DNA of 64,000 nucleotides, taken from NCBI RefSeq assembly GCF_009914755.1, contig NC_060939.1. One strand, 5' to 3'. This document shows positions 15,291-30,645 of this stretch, piece after piece (within the stretch, counting starts at the first letter, position 1; every line of letters begins with the position of its first letter). A model generated the notes under the pieces. It searched no databases, was not told the origin of the DNA, and was given only the letters and a program-made list of their open reading frames with translations. The DNA comes from the human T2T-CHM13v2.0 reference genome, Homo sapiens. The translations under genes were made by a program, and so were the position numbers.

Positions 15291-16527
15291 TACGGAGGCC
15301 ACTTTCCCCCAAACCAACCTGCTCCTGCCTCTCCTTTCTCTGTTGACCTCAGGAGCCACGTGGCAGGCACAGGTTCTCACACTAAGCTCCGTGCCTCACT
15401 GACTAGGTACCCATCTTTAAAATCCACCTGAAATTTCATTTTTAAGTTTCATTTTGCATTTGCATTTCCTCTGGTTTTGCTTTCACAGGGTCCTGCAAAA
15501 TGTTGGCGCAGTAGGCTGTCTTTCCCGCAGGCATCTAGAAGGAACGTTTCTTCCAGACCAGGTTTCCTATCCACACAGAGAAAAGTGGAGAGGAGAGCAT
15601 GCCTCACCTTACGGGGCTGTTCTGTGAGACAGGGAGGCATAAATGTGCTTCTGTTCTCTTGTTGGGGGAAAATGAACTGAGAAGCTTCTATGCAGAGCAA
15701 CTTGTGGAAATTAAAATAAGTTTCTCAGCTTCTTCCTCCCAACACAAGTTCTCCTGGTGATGGGGGGTGAGTGCACACTCGCTAAGGCTGCCAGAGCTCC
15801 CTCTCCAGCTGGCTTGCCTGCCTCGTGCTCCCCTCACTAGGTGTCAACTACAGACGCTTTCTTAAACATTGTCCTCCAGGACAGGAGATCAGAAAGTTGT
15901 GTCCCATGTAAGACAAAGCAGCCTGCAGCTGCAAAAACCATGCAAGCAGAAAGATGAAGCCGGCCCATCAACCGAATCCTGGCATCCCTCTCTAGGGACA
16001 GTGCTGAGGAATGTCTGCCCCTGGGGACCAGGAGGCTCGGGTACTCCGGAGTCACAGCTGGCAGTGGCACCTGAGACCTTCCAGACTGTACGGCTTCATG
16101 CACGTTTTAGAAATGTGTTATCCTACTTTTACTAACAGAAAATTCAAACACAGAGCAAACGTCTTCCATCGACAGGTAAAATGATTTGGCAGTTGTCTTT
16201 CCCACCTTCTCTGCCTGCACATCAGAAGGCGAGATGCCAGGAAGTGCTGAGCTCCTGGCCCAGGGCAGCTACCAGTGATTCATGGACCTCAGGCTAAGTG
16301 GGGAGCTGTTTCCGTTCATGGCAAACTATTCACTACTAGCAACGTGAAGGCATCATTCTTGCTAAAATGTCCTTTCTTGCTTTTCAGAAATGAAACTGAA
16401 GTTCCAGGTCACCTATCCACTACCATCTAGCCCTTAAATATGAAATGTAGGGAAGACTGCAATCAATAGCTGTAGGCAAAGGACACAAAACACTGTAGCC
16501 ACAGCAGCCCCATGGGCCAACACTCAC

Positions 16528-16648
16528 CTGTCCCCCGGGCGTGGCTGAAGTCACCCTTCACCAAGTGGCAGGTCTTGCCGTCCCCGCTGCAGACCCCGCA
16601 TCTGTCCTCTTTGGCTGCAGACCCGATGATGCCGTCACAGCCGATTTT
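16528..16648 (-). CDS. ADAMTS17: ADAMTS17 coding exon (probably exon 15), end of Cys-rich domain and start of spacer; 121 nt, phase 0/1
   Basis: ggttctttag|AAAATCGGC...GGGACAG|gtgagt; [40 protein letters not shown]; ADAMTS GCDxxxGS..DxCGVCxGDG motif. Not present in the supplied ORF track. Confidence 0.97.
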
Positions 16649-17789
16649 CTAAAGAACCAGAGGGCCTCATTATTCTGTGGTTAAGACTCAGAGGAGTTTT
16701 AAAGAGGCTGCCCTGCAAGGCTAACTTTTCCATGAGGTGCAGCATACATGGGGCCTGGGGCCCTGATCCATTCAGAGGCCCAAGAAAATATTTTAATTCA
16801 GGAGAGAAAAAAGATGCACAGAATCCAACCTAGATTATATTTGTCTTTATACCCGCATAGCTGTAAAGTCTATTTTTTGGTATTTGTTCTGGAGGAGGGA
16901 GATCCATGAAGGCACAAGTGCCCATGGGGGTCACGCTGAGGCCTGACGCCCTGACTGCCTGGGGGCAGAGACCCTGGGGAGAGAGTGAAGCCTGAACCCT
17001 CACACCAGCAGGTGCAGCCACAATTTCTCATGATGGGGGTTCCCCTCTAGGCTGTGGGGGTCACCTGCAACTTGGCTGAAACAACCAGTAGTCTCAGAAC
17101 ATACAACAGAAACCACAGACTTTTCTAACAAGGTAGGGATGCCCACAGCTCATTCAGGCAGGGCTTGGCACGGGCCCCTCTTTTCTCAGGTAGGAAGACC
17201 TAGTCTATGAAGAGCCCCATCTCTCATACCTTTTCAACAAGGCACGTCTGAGAGCAGAGGAGAGGCTGCCTCTACCCTAGGTGGATCTGAGAAGCACAGC
17301 CTGTTTTCTAAAAAGCAGAAAAAGGTTTTGGACTCTTTTTTTCTTTTTTAAAAAAGTGAGAATTTTGTATCCTGCAAAATAACCTAAATTTATACTGAAC
17401 ATTGGGTAATTATTTACTAGCCACATTGCCTAAATGTCCCTCCACATTTTCCCCCTATAAAGCTAATGCTTCCAGAACAAGAACTGGGTTTTTCCTACTG
17501 CCCTGCACCCCAGATTACATATTGGCACTTCAGACTCCAAAGGGATCTACAGCCAGAACTCAAGAAATCAAGATGCAAGATAATCCTGGTGGAGGTGAGT
17601 TAGCCCCTTCCCGTGATGCCTGGACGAGAAGCAGCACCGTGCTTCCCCCTCACAGGTACTCCCACCTGCAGGCAGGGCTTAGAGCTAGCACAGCGCCTCG
17701 GGTGCCAGGCTGGCTGCACGCGCATCCCTGGAGGCAAGTGCCTGGCCCCACAACTCCCCAAAGACATCAGCATCCTCTGTTCATCATGG

Positions 17790-17973
17790 CAGCAGTTCTC
17801 CAACTTAAGTGTGCATCGGCCTCATGGGGAGGGCTGTTAAAACACAAACTGCTCTGTCCCAGCCCTAGAGTTTCTGACCCAGCAGGTCTGGGTGCACCTG
17901 AGAATGTGCATTTCTAATCGGCTCCCAGGAGATGCTGAGGCTGCTTGCCGGGGCCATGCGATGAGAACCGCTG
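17790..17973. mobile_element. MER5A hAT-Charlie MITE
   Basis: CAGCAGTTCTC...GAGAACCGCTG terminal inverted repeats; GAATGTGCATTTCTAA core. Confidence 0.8.
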
Positions 17974-18541
17974 CATCATGGCATGCTACTCAAAGGAATA
18001 GGTGAATGCTCTTCATATTTAGTAATCCTCAGGTCTCATCCTCGGAGCCTTTTATTTTTTTGAAAAAGATCTAATGGGAAATTACTATTGTTCTGTCCAA
18101 AAATGATAGCATAACTGGACAGATTCCAGAGAAGACTTTTAGATGTTCTAAAAGCTGAGCAAGTTGAGTCTAAAAATGACCATGATGAAATCTGAAAAAG
18201 GGCAGAGCTTGAATAAAAGATCAAACTTGTTCAAAGTTAGTATAAAAAGAGGAAAAGGGTAAAATTGAAGGCTTTAGTGGCCAGAGGACAGCAAGGAGCA
18301 AATGGATAACAGTGGGCTTGATGGTGGCTGGGGAGATGTAGGTAACATATCAAGACACATATGGTAACTGGCAACCAACTGCAATGCTTTGCCGGGGCTG
18401 ACCATCCAGTAGTGACCTGGAGGGAAGCCAGCTGTGATGAGGCACCGTGAGCCTGGAGCGCAGTGCAGGGCTGCCTAGATTCTCGGTGTGGACTGCTAGC
18501 CAGCTGCTATCAAGTTGCTCAGTATAAAGATTACAGGGGCT

Positions 18542-18884
<343 letters not shown>

Positions 18885-20479
18885 TCAGAAAATGTCCCCC
18901 AGCAGTGTTTAGCAAACGCCGAGACCAAATCTGTGAGACCACGTGTCTGTTGCTTTGTTTCACTTCAGAGCTCCAGTGCATGGTCTCCAGACTTGCTTCT
19001 GCTGGGGCCACAGGGCCAATGCCCACAGAGCTGGTCTCTCCCACTGGCCTCTTTCCTGGCACCTGTTCCAGCTCCCACCTGGGCTTTCTCATCTCAGGTG
19101 CCCTCTGCTGTAGACATTCCTTACACTGGCTTCCTATAATTTTCAAACCACACCCTTGCTTGGTAGGAGTGAGTCTCTGGCTTCAGGCCTGGTTCCTTGT
19201 CCTGCACCTCAGTTAAGGTTTCCTGATTCAACAGCTTCTAGATGTCCCATTTGGTCCAGTTTCCTCCAGCCCCAAAGAAGGGGGCTTTTCAGGGCAGGTG
19301 CAAACAGGAATGCATACAGCGTTGCCCTTTCAGTTAATTCTGGAGACCATCCAGGGGCTGGGACAGGTCCATGGGTTCTGCCCACTCTACTTGGTGTTAT
19401 TTTAGAGGCTGTCTGCATCTGGAGACAGGGAATGCAGGGCTGTCCATGTCTGAACAGCAGTGACTCTAAATGCTGACGGGTGACAGCCACAAAATCTGCG
19501 AACGGGGGCATTTTCTTCCATTGTTTCAGTCAGCGCAAGCAACTTATAATCTTGGCAGAAACTGGGATGGTTTTCAAATGGAAGCTGCCATAGGACACAA
19601 CTGAAGTCATTAATTCTGAATATTAGGGGAGCTTTGATGATTGTATTTATGAGGCTTGGTGTTCCAAGAGAACAAGATGACCAAGCCTGAGGAAACTCCA
19701 GGCAATAAACTCTCTCAAGTCTTCCCATGTTATCCTGGTGATCCTTAGTTACTTTCCTAGGAATCTTCATCACCCATTTCTCAGCTTTCAAAGCAGGGCT
19801 TCAAGTTCTTGGCCAGCATTTGCTGGTCGCGCCCTGTGCCTCTGGCTAAGTCAGGGTGTATGTGACACCAAAGGACCAAGGAACAATGTCCCACGGCATA
19901 ATTAAAGGCATGGGATGGTATGGGATGGTATGAGATGCGATGGAACGGGGGAAAAGCACAAGTTCTTCATTGGTCAAGACAGCTCCTGAGAAACATGCAG
20001 AAAGTGCTTGGGAAAGCTTTAGTGCTCAGATCCGTGTGCTGAGGAGGGCACAGGATGGGCCGTGGACAGTGGGACATGTCCATCTTTAGCTGTCTGAGTC
20101 CTGGATTCCACCCTGGAACTTTGCCCCTGTTGAAGATAACCAGGGACAACAGCCTCCTGGTCATCACACCTAGCGGACGTGTCTCCAGCCTCATCTTTCA
20201 CCTCCTGCTCTACAGCGTCCGCTGTGTGTAACGCCCACCCTGTCTCTGTTGTGCATGTATTGATTCACCCGTGGTGCCTGTTATGTGCCTAACCTGGAAA
20301 TAAAGACATGTAAGATGGAGGGAGGCGCCAGTGCGGAAACAAGCAGACACCCCAGAGTGTGTGCTAAAGATGCCCTGGAAGCCAAGGATGGCTCCTGTCT
20401 GATTCTCCTCCCAGCCCCTGGATGACTCCTCCCTCCTCTTGCTTCTTCGACTCCGTGAAAGTGGGTAGCTCCCCCGGGG

Positions 20480-21630
20480 CTCCCTGCTTTTTCTGATTTT
20501 TCATTTTCTTGGTAATTTCGCCTTCTCCTTATTTCAGCCATCATCCTCATGCAAAGAGCTCTTAAGCCCACTTCTCCCCTCACTCCACCCTGGCTCTCAC
20601 TACTAAGAGTCTGCTGAGCAATCTCTCCACTTTCAATGCGACAGCTTCTCCTCCAAAGCTGCCTGACCTCTTAATTCTAGTTGGACACCCCCTGCCACTG
20701 TCTTGGAACTGACAGACAGGCATCCTAGCCTGAAACCTCCAAGCCATTTCTGACTCTTCTATTTTGGGATGTACCCAGTTAGTTGGTGAGCTTGGGTTTT
20801 TTGTGCCCTGAAAACCTCTGTTGCCTACTTCTCCTCCATGTTCAGCTCCACTCCCTAGTTTACACCCTCCTTAATCAGGACATGAACTATGGGAGCATTT
20901 TTCTCCTGCCTGCTGCCAGACTAATCTCCACACAAAAAGAGAGATAAGATCTGTGGCCAAAGATCCCCACTGCCTATCAGAAACGTCCACACATATGAAT
21001 TTAAGACCCTCCATGATCTCATTCCAGCTGCTCACCAACTCAGCCTGCCTTCCTCCCCCACTCCAGATGCACAGTGAATCCAACCCCCTCCAGCCCACTC
21101 TTGTAAGCCCTCCCCCGGAATGACCCCTCAGCCAGGTGGGCAACCAGAATAGCCTCTTAACTTGTTTCCTGGGATCTACTTGAGTCAGTTATCCATAGCT
21201 AAGATCGCTTCACTCCTCTGCATCAATTCTGCCTGGGCCCTGGCTCCTTTGTGCCAGCCTCCGCCCTCGTCTGTTGCTGGAATGCACCCATCTCCCTCTT
21301 GCTTCCCTCTGCCTGGAGCTCTCTGCCCCCAACTCTCTGCCAGGCTGGCTCTTCCTCAAAGGCTGTCTCCTCTAAGAGAAATGCCATGCCACCTGCTCAC
21401 TGTCCTCCTCAGCCACAGTCCCCCGCTGGGTCTCTCTATGGCACCATTTTCTTCTTCACACATACCAATCTCTGGAATGATCACGTTTGTGAGCTGACAT
21501 GGCCTGTCTGTATGTTGGACAGGGACAGGGATCCTCTTGGTCCTGCTCCCTAATGAAAGCCCAGCACACAATACAGTGTGCAGCACTCGGAATGTGATCA
21601 ACAAATACCTGATGCAGGAATAAACGAAAT
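20480..21630 (+). mobile_element. Degenerate LINE-2 fragments
   Basis: CT-rich L2-like stretches ending in an L2 3'-end-like CAGCACAC...CAACAAATAC...GAATAAACGAA. Confidence 0.5.
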
Positions 21631-22452
21631 TCCACCCTATGGGTTTTCTGCTATGTCTAAGTGGAACCTCTTCTTGGTTGTTAAATCACGCCTTCGCCTC
21701 TGGTCGTTGGGTTTCCAAGTGAGTATGTGTCATCTCCCTAACGGACCATAAGCACATAGAGGACTGTGTCTGAGAATTCTTTGTATTCTTGGCCTTCCCC
21801 CATCCTCTGACACACACAGTGGCTGGTGTGGTATTAAGCACATGTGTGTTCAGTAAGAGCGTACAAATGATGACCTCTTATCAAGCTGGGGAGTTTAGTT
21901 TTCTCATATTTGAATTGGGACTTCCTCGTACAAGTTTTGATGGTACTTGTTTTTTCTGGCTGGAATAAGCAGTACTTGCTTTCTTCAACTTATTAGCTAT
22001 CTTCCAACTACTGCCTCATCCCATCTCTTCGGTTGGAGGGAGGCCACCGACTTCTTGAATGACTTTTAAGCGAGTGCAGATTTTAGGCCAGTTGCGCAGC
22101 CGTGACTCCAGGATTTACTGGGTTCCTGGGTGAGTGCCACCAGGGCCTGTAGTGCCCATCTTCCTCTTTCTTGACTTCATTCTTGTTTTGCTAAACTACA
22201 TGTAACTTCTGCAGAACGCATGCATGGAAAATAGAATTTCTGAGTTCTTCTGTGTCTCAAAATTAGTTTCCCTGCATGCTTGCTTGATAGTTTGGCTGCA
22301 CGGAGAACTCCATAATTATCTCAATTTTCTGCCAGGGTCAGTTTTTTCTGTTTGTTTTTCTTGGTCTTTCTCCTTCATGCTGCTGGTTTTCTTCAAATAG
22401 CAGATGATGTCTGGTTGCCCACTCGTATTTGAGAACAAGCAACAGGAAGCCC

Positions 22453-22702
22453 GACCGAAGGAGATCTACATTTGAGGGCCGACCGAAGGGGATCTACATT
22501 TGAGGGCCGACCGAAGGGGATCTACATTTGAGGGCCGACCGAAGGGGATCTACATTTGAGGGCCGACCGAAGGGGATCTACATTTGAGGGCCGACCGAAG
22601 GGGATCTACATTTGAGGGCCGACCGAAGGGGCTCTACATTTGAAGGCCTACTGAAGGAGATCTACATTTGAAGGCCGACTGAAAGGGATCCACATTTGAA
22701 GC
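22453..22702. repeat. Minisatellite, 28-bp unit GACCGAAGGGGATCTACATTTGAGGGCC, about 9 copies
   Basis: Five identical copies at 22481-22620; diverged copies at both ends. Confidence 0.97.
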
Positions 22703-23544
22703 TGGGCACTGCTGCATGGTAGGTTTCCTTTCGTAACTAGTGCGAGGGAAATTGACCTCTAACCCCAACGCAGAAGGCTGGGCACCGTCCTCAGCACAGA
22801 GACCTCCCTGCCTGCTCTGGGTTTCCTCAAACAGTTCATTCCATGACCCTGGAAAGCAGCTCCCTAACATTTTACTTGACAGCCCGTCAAGCTCTGAGTG
22901 TGGGATCAGACACCATGAGCATGCCGATGCACCCTCGGACTTGTTTTCAGCCCACTCTTCACTTCCGACCCTCCATTCTCAAGCCCACAGCTCTCGGTTT
23001 GGGCTGTCTTTTCAGTGGCGACTCTCCGCCTCTTCCAGCTCTGGCCTCTGCTGCTTTGTTCCTGCATGACACTTCCACCCACTTCTGTCATCCAGAAAGA
23101 GGTGGGATCTTTCACCTGGAAGCTCCTGCTTCCCTTCACTGTTTGTGCTGGTTTAGTGGAGTCCCGCATGGAAGAGGCAGGAACATGTGGCTTGGTCTGC
23201 TGGCTTCAACCAGAAGTTGTCATGGGAGGTTAATCAGAAAAAAGGGGTGCAGGGAATGACCTTCACGTTTCAGGCACCGCTATCCATAAAGGTTTGGCAC
23301 CCACAGTAACACACGTTAGAGATGCCAGCTGCAGGGTCACGGTGCAGGGAAGGGCAGCATGTGGGGAGCATCGTGAAGATGCAAACCCAGGCTTAAGTGC
23401 CAGGCACGCTTTCCTGCAGGCTTGTTACCTCTGCTTTACCTGGGGGTCCTCTGAGACCAGGGTCTCTTTGAATTCTCCTAAACTTCCCCAGTAATTCTAC
23501 CTGCCTCACAGATGATCTTTGGACAGGAAATAGGAGGCCAATAA

Positions 23545-23942
<398 letters not shown>

Positions 23943-25746
23943 CTTCTTTCAATATGCAATCAAAGGCTTTCCTCTGGGCCAGTGTATACGGAAGCACAGG
24001 TTAATGAGACGTACTTCCTTCACTGAAGAAGGTCACAGGCCCTGAAGGTGTTTTGGCTTGGTATTCATCAAGCCCAGGATATGTATACAAATTATGGTAC
24101 CAAGGAAGTAGGAACTGAATTGGAGAATGTTGGCTACAGGTGTGCACAAACCAGTAAGGCAAGCATAGCTGGGTCTCAGGTACATCTGGGTCTGTCCATC
24201 ATCCAATGGGCAAAGCCGCGCGTCAGCTGGACTCGCTCATTGCATGTCAGCAGCTCCAGATGCAGTTGTGTATCAGAGGCTTATTAACCCGGTGTCTCTC
24301 CTTCTGGAGGCCAACAGTAGGAATCATTAATGATGGGACTCTTGATTTATAGGAGCTTGCTGAAAAATACACAATGTTTCTGTTACTTTCCCCAATTCCC
24401 TCCCAATTTTATGAGTGCTGTTAAGTTTAATTTCAGCATGTTAAATAATTTGTGACTCACTGAAATGAAACTTAATTCAGTCCTCATAAAAACAGAATAA
24501 AATGGCATTTCCATGTTTCATGTTATGGTTTGAATCAGCCTGCTATTTGGAGTGCAGTGGAATCTACTCAAAATGCCATTTTGAAGCCTCTCATCCCCTA
24601 CCAACTAGTTACTATGTTCCTCGACATTTCCCAGAATGCCGTCTGCTACCCCAAAATAGCACAATTTATAGCTGAAGGGGAAAGAGAGGAAAACGCTAGT
24701 AGGCAAACCACGGCAATATTTCTGTGAGTGCTGTCTCATATAAAATGTGGGTGATTTGTATGTTTAATCGGTTGTAATTAGACAATTATTATCAATGAAT
24801 AGATACAGACTTTCCACTCATTAGGCCCCTGAGGTTTTAACATTACAATTACTATTATTTTCCTTAACCATTTCTTTCTTGCTATACACATTCACAAATG
24901 CCACAGGAATCCAGAATGTTTCATCTTGACAATTACTGCAACAAGACATAAGTACTATATTTGAATTGAATTTGTGATCTTATTTAAGAATGCCTGATTT
25001 TTATAAAAGTTCATTAACTACGACTAACAATTTGGAGTTTTGTGAGCATCGATTTAAGAGTGGGCTGAGGTTAACCTTTACAGTATCTGTCTGAAGAAAG
25101 TACTGTTAGACAAATAGCAGATGGCTTTTTAACTTCCTTCAGAAAGCAAGTTGTTTCTCACGGTTTTAACCTGGAGAAGTACATGCAGGTAGGTGCTGTT
25201 GCCACCCACCAGGATGGTGGCTCTTTTGTAAAGACTGGTGGTCTGCCTGGAGGCAGCGGGTTACCAGGGTGCAGCCACCCGGGAGATGGTGCTTTCGAGA
25301 ATTGGTAGGCAGGGTCTCTGCAGTGGCAGGGTGAGGCTCCCAAGGAGCAAAAGACCACCATCGAGCATCATGAAAGGTGCCTCCATCTGCACCTGCGCAC
25401 CCTGGTGACTCTACTTGGTTAATGTGAGGTGCAGTGCAGGCACCAACCAATCCCTGCAATGATGATGACAATGGTGGAGGCACTGGAAATAGACAGGCTG
25501 GTCCTGGGGATGGAGTGACATCTGGGGATGGAGTGGCATCTGGGAACAGGAAGGCGTGCATCCCAATGTCACTCCCATCACATCTGCAATGGACTGGATG
25601 TTTGTGTCTTCTAGAGTTCATAAATTGAACCGTTCATACCAACGTGATAGTATTTGGGAGTGAAGCCTCTGGGAGGTGATTAGGTCAAGAGGGGGTAGAG
25701 CTCATGAATGTGCTGGTGCCTTTGTAAGAAGAGGCTAGAGAGCTAG

Positions 25747-26057
<311 letters not shown>

Positions 26058-26068
26058 TCAAGAAAATG

Positions 26069-26279
<211 letters not shown>

Positions 26280-27579
26280 TGAAAGTGGGCCTTCACCAGA
26301 ACCCATCTATGCCAGCCCCTGGATGTTGGATTTCCAGCCTCCAGAACGTTGAGAAATAAGTCTGTTGCTTATAAGCTACCCAGTCTAGGGTATTCGTTAG
26401 AGCAGCCTGAGTTGACTAAGACGACACCCAAGTGCAGAACAGGGTTGGGCTCAATGCTATCCTCATGACCACAGACTTAGGCCATTCAAATGTCTGGAGC
26501 AGCATTTTCTCTTTGATTCTACGACTAAAGGTTTCATTGTCATAGTATGGAACATCCTCTAGTTGAAAAGGCTGTGATTAAAACCAAGATCATGGATGGA
26601 GCCCATTGGCACAGATTGCACAGAGCATAAATTATGTCCAGCCAGTAACACAGACCCCACTGGCTAGACAATTTTAGGATTCTTAGAAATGCCTCCCCAT
26701 TGGCAAGAACGCTGCAGAAGATGCTGGCAGAGGCTGGGGATGGCTCGGCTGGTGCTGCTCTAAAGGGTGTAAGAACTCTAACTTGGGAGGAACGTTAAGT
26801 CGTTGGGCAGGATGGTCTGTGGAAGTGTGTAATTTGGGTAGGACACCAGCCCTGCACTTGGCTGGTTAGAAGTTTACCAAGAACCATCGGCGATGCCTCA
26901 TTTCAGTAACAATGATAAGGGCTTTGTTCATACTGCCCGAGGGGCAGGGCCTTGGACATTCTTTGTTACAAGAAAGCAGCCAGGAGGGGCCAGCTCAACC
27001 ACTCATCACTGCCTCCCTCCCCGTGAGGTTGCTGTGCCAAGACTCTTGGGCACCAGGCGCTTATCACCCACATTTATCTGTATTTGATAACAAAGCCAGG
27101 CAGTGCCAAAGGAGTCTGGGTCTTGTCAAGCTTTTCCCTGAAAAATCCCAGTTTCAGACTGATTTGGCCTTAGCAGGAAAAAGCATCTGTTTGGGTGGAA
27201 ACGGTTTGCTGCAGCAATCACCCTGGAAGCTGTCTTTGTGTCTGTCTTTATGCCTTGCCTCCTCTTGTTCTGTTTGTCACGCACACTGAAATGTTGATGC
27301 CTATGCACTCTGCTAGGCACTGAGCAAGCAAAGAGCATAAGCAGATCTGCTGTCCGCATGGGCAAGTGGACCTGACGCCTGGAAACCAGCATCTGGCTCA
27401 CCACAGTTCTGTGAGGGCAACGCATGGTGATCCTGACACTGATCTGCCTGCTCCAGACATCAGGAGCTGCCATTGTCACTAGCTCTTGGTGGGCTCCCCT
27501 GTGGAGGACACAGTTGAGGGAACGTGGTCATAGGATGACAGGAACGCGTATGTGTGGCTGAGGGCAGAGCGCTCCCTGG

Positions 27580-27947
27580 GTGCTGTGGTCTGAATGTTTG
27601 TGTCTCCTCAAATCCACATGTTGAATCACCAGCCCTCAAGGTGATGGTGTTAGGAGGTGGATGTTTTGGGAGGTGACTGGGACATGAGGGCAGAACTCTC
27701 ATGAACAGGATCAGGGCCCCCATAAAAGAGACTCACAAGAGAGCTCACCAGCCCCTTCCACTATGCGAGGACACAGCAAGAAACACTGTCTATGATAAGC
27801 GACCCCTCATCAGATCCCAAATCTGCCTGTGCCTCAAGGCCTCAATCTTGGACTTCCCAGCTTCCAGAACTGTGAGTAATAAAGGTCAGTTGTTCATAAG
27901 CTGCCTGGTCTATGGTGTATCGTTACAGGTGCCCAAGCTGACTAAGA
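27580..27947 (+). mobile_element. MaLR solo LTR (MLT1A0-like)
   Basis: TGCTGTGGTCTGAATGTTTGTGTC...GGACTTCCCAGCTTCCAGAACTGTGAGTAATAAA...GACTAAGA. Confidence 0.8.
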
Positions 27948-28214
27948 TGCTGGGGCTCTCTCACAACATGCCCAGCTTGACCCGAGTCACCAGGGAGTAT
28001 GGTACCTGTGGCATAAGCGAGGCACAGAAAATACAAAGCTTCGACACCCACTCCCCATCCCAGCTGCTGCGCCACCTCAGGAGGTGCTCGTTCTGAGGGA
28101 CAAAATGGGAGCATGGAGTCACCTCTGCTACCCCAGGCTAGGAGCCCCACCTGGGGAGGGTAAGGGCTACAGGTGGCCCTCAGCTTGGGCAGGGTTAATG
28201 CAGGTGGAGGGTAA

Positions 28215-28539
<325 letters not shown>

Positions 28540-29054
28540 TCTCTTTCTTCACTTAAATGGTTTTTATCACTGTTCTAACCAGTCATGGCCATCCAGCCCT
28601 CAATGCCTTTGGGACTATATACCAGTAGATGGGTGCTCCCTGACAGCTGGGCGCACCTATCTGCCTGGCGTGACCTGCACAGGCATTGGCTCAGTTCTGC
28701 CGTCTCTTCTGCACTAAATGGGGCCTGGCTTGTGCAGACATCCTTTAGGCGCATCTTAGTACCCTGCCTACCTTCGTCTTGGTCATGATGTCTAAAGCAA
28801 TTTTCAAAGTCTTAGAATACGTTGTGCCTGTTCTTTCCACCTCCACTCCTTGTTGGCCTAGCACTCAGTCATTACTGAGCTAGGGTTGGTGCACCAGGCA
28901 ACACTGGCGGCAGGAGGCGGCATCACTGGGTGCCTTCCTAAGAAAATCCACTCCCCTAGGCCTCCTGAGACCTCTGCTCTACCCCACTCCCTGTCTGGGG
29001 AGAGTGAGTCTCCTCTCCAAAGCCCCACCAAGGACCGAAGGAGAAGTACGTCAC

Positions 29055-29182
29055 CTGGCACTTGCCGTGCACGCAGAGATCAGTCTCGTAGGGCCCGCAG
29101 GGTGTACCGTCCAGGACCCTGTCGGCCACCAGCAGTGGGGACTCCTTCCCGAGGGGCGAGCAGTAGAGTTCACATGGCTTAT
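29055..29182 (-). CDS. ADAMTS17: ADAMTS17 coding exon (probably exon 14), Cys-rich domain; 128 nt, phase 1/0
   Basis: tttccctcctcag|ATAAGCCA...TGCCAG|gtgacg; (D)[42 protein letters not shown]; ADAMTS VxDGTxC motif. Confidence 0.97.
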
Positions 29183-30255
29183 CTGAGGAGGGAAAGGTTG
29201 GAGGACGTTGACACGGGAAGGTGTGCGTGGGCCATGCAGGGCACAGGTACATGTGGGCAGAGGGAAACCCTGAGGAAGAGAGGTCCGCACAGGTCAGTAA
29301 AGGTGCATGAGCTCAGGTACGCGCTCCAGCTCCTCTAAACACGCGGCACAGGAAGTGGAAAAAGACCCACAGCCACAGGGGAAGACAGTGCAGGTCTGAG
29401 CTCTGTGGGGTTGCCTTCTCTCATCTCTCTATCCTTTGCAATGATACAGGAAGTTTCCTTTTCCTTAAGGCATCCACTATATCCGGTGAACACAGGAAGA
29501 GTTGTGTGCTAATCTCTACGTTGAATACACATCAAGGGGGAGCTGGAGCCACTCTTATAGCGAGGGTGTGAAGGGAGGGGGAGGGGAAGGGGAACGAGAA
29601 TGCCCCTGAGTGAGGGCAGCGGCCCCAAGGGTCACCATGACAGTAGCTTTGGTAAGAGCTTCAGTGCTCCCCTAGCTGCTGGGTGACAGTCGAGCTGTGC
29701 TTTGGGGTACGGAGATCCCAGAAGAAACTGAGTGGGAGTAAGGTACAAAGGGGACATGTGCGCCACTAGGACAACTTATAAGAGCCGCATGTGCACCCAG
29801 GCAGGATGGAAACCTGGGTTTCCCCTACTCCTAAAAACACATGACCTCCCAGAACGCGGCCAGCTCCCCAGCCTTTGCCCGGTGTGCGCTCTCTGCCTGG
29901 AAATCGCTCGCAGCACTTTGCCTTCTACTGCCCTGGAAGCTTCCACCCTGCAGCTCTTCCCTCACGCCAGCTCTGAGGTGGGGCAGGAGCAGAATCTCCA
30001 CATGCACTGTGCACACACCTCCATTAAAGCAACAGCATCTGCCTGTTGTCCTAGAATTGTTTGGGCACCTCCCATATATGAAGGGATTTATTATAAGGCA
30101 GGTCCCATCGCTAAAAGAGTGTGAAAGGGATGACTTTTATTCATCTTCAGATTGAAGTAATGCTGGGTCTGTGAGCTCTTAGAGGGCAGGGGACTTAAGC
30201 TTTCATTTTTTTGTCCCCACAGTGGGCCCAGGACCTGGCTCACAGAAAGACTCAG

Positions 30256-30645
<390 letters not shown>

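Noticed and set aside
22453-22702. 28-bp repeats of CRISPR-like length
   Set aside because: Units are head-to-tail with no unique spacers, there are no cas genes and the context is a primate intron; it is a minisatellite
28886-29338. Plus-strand ORFs antisense to exons (also 36863-37409, 51918-52433, 53220-53633)
   Set aside because: Shadow ORFs of GC-rich coding exons; no independent coding evidence
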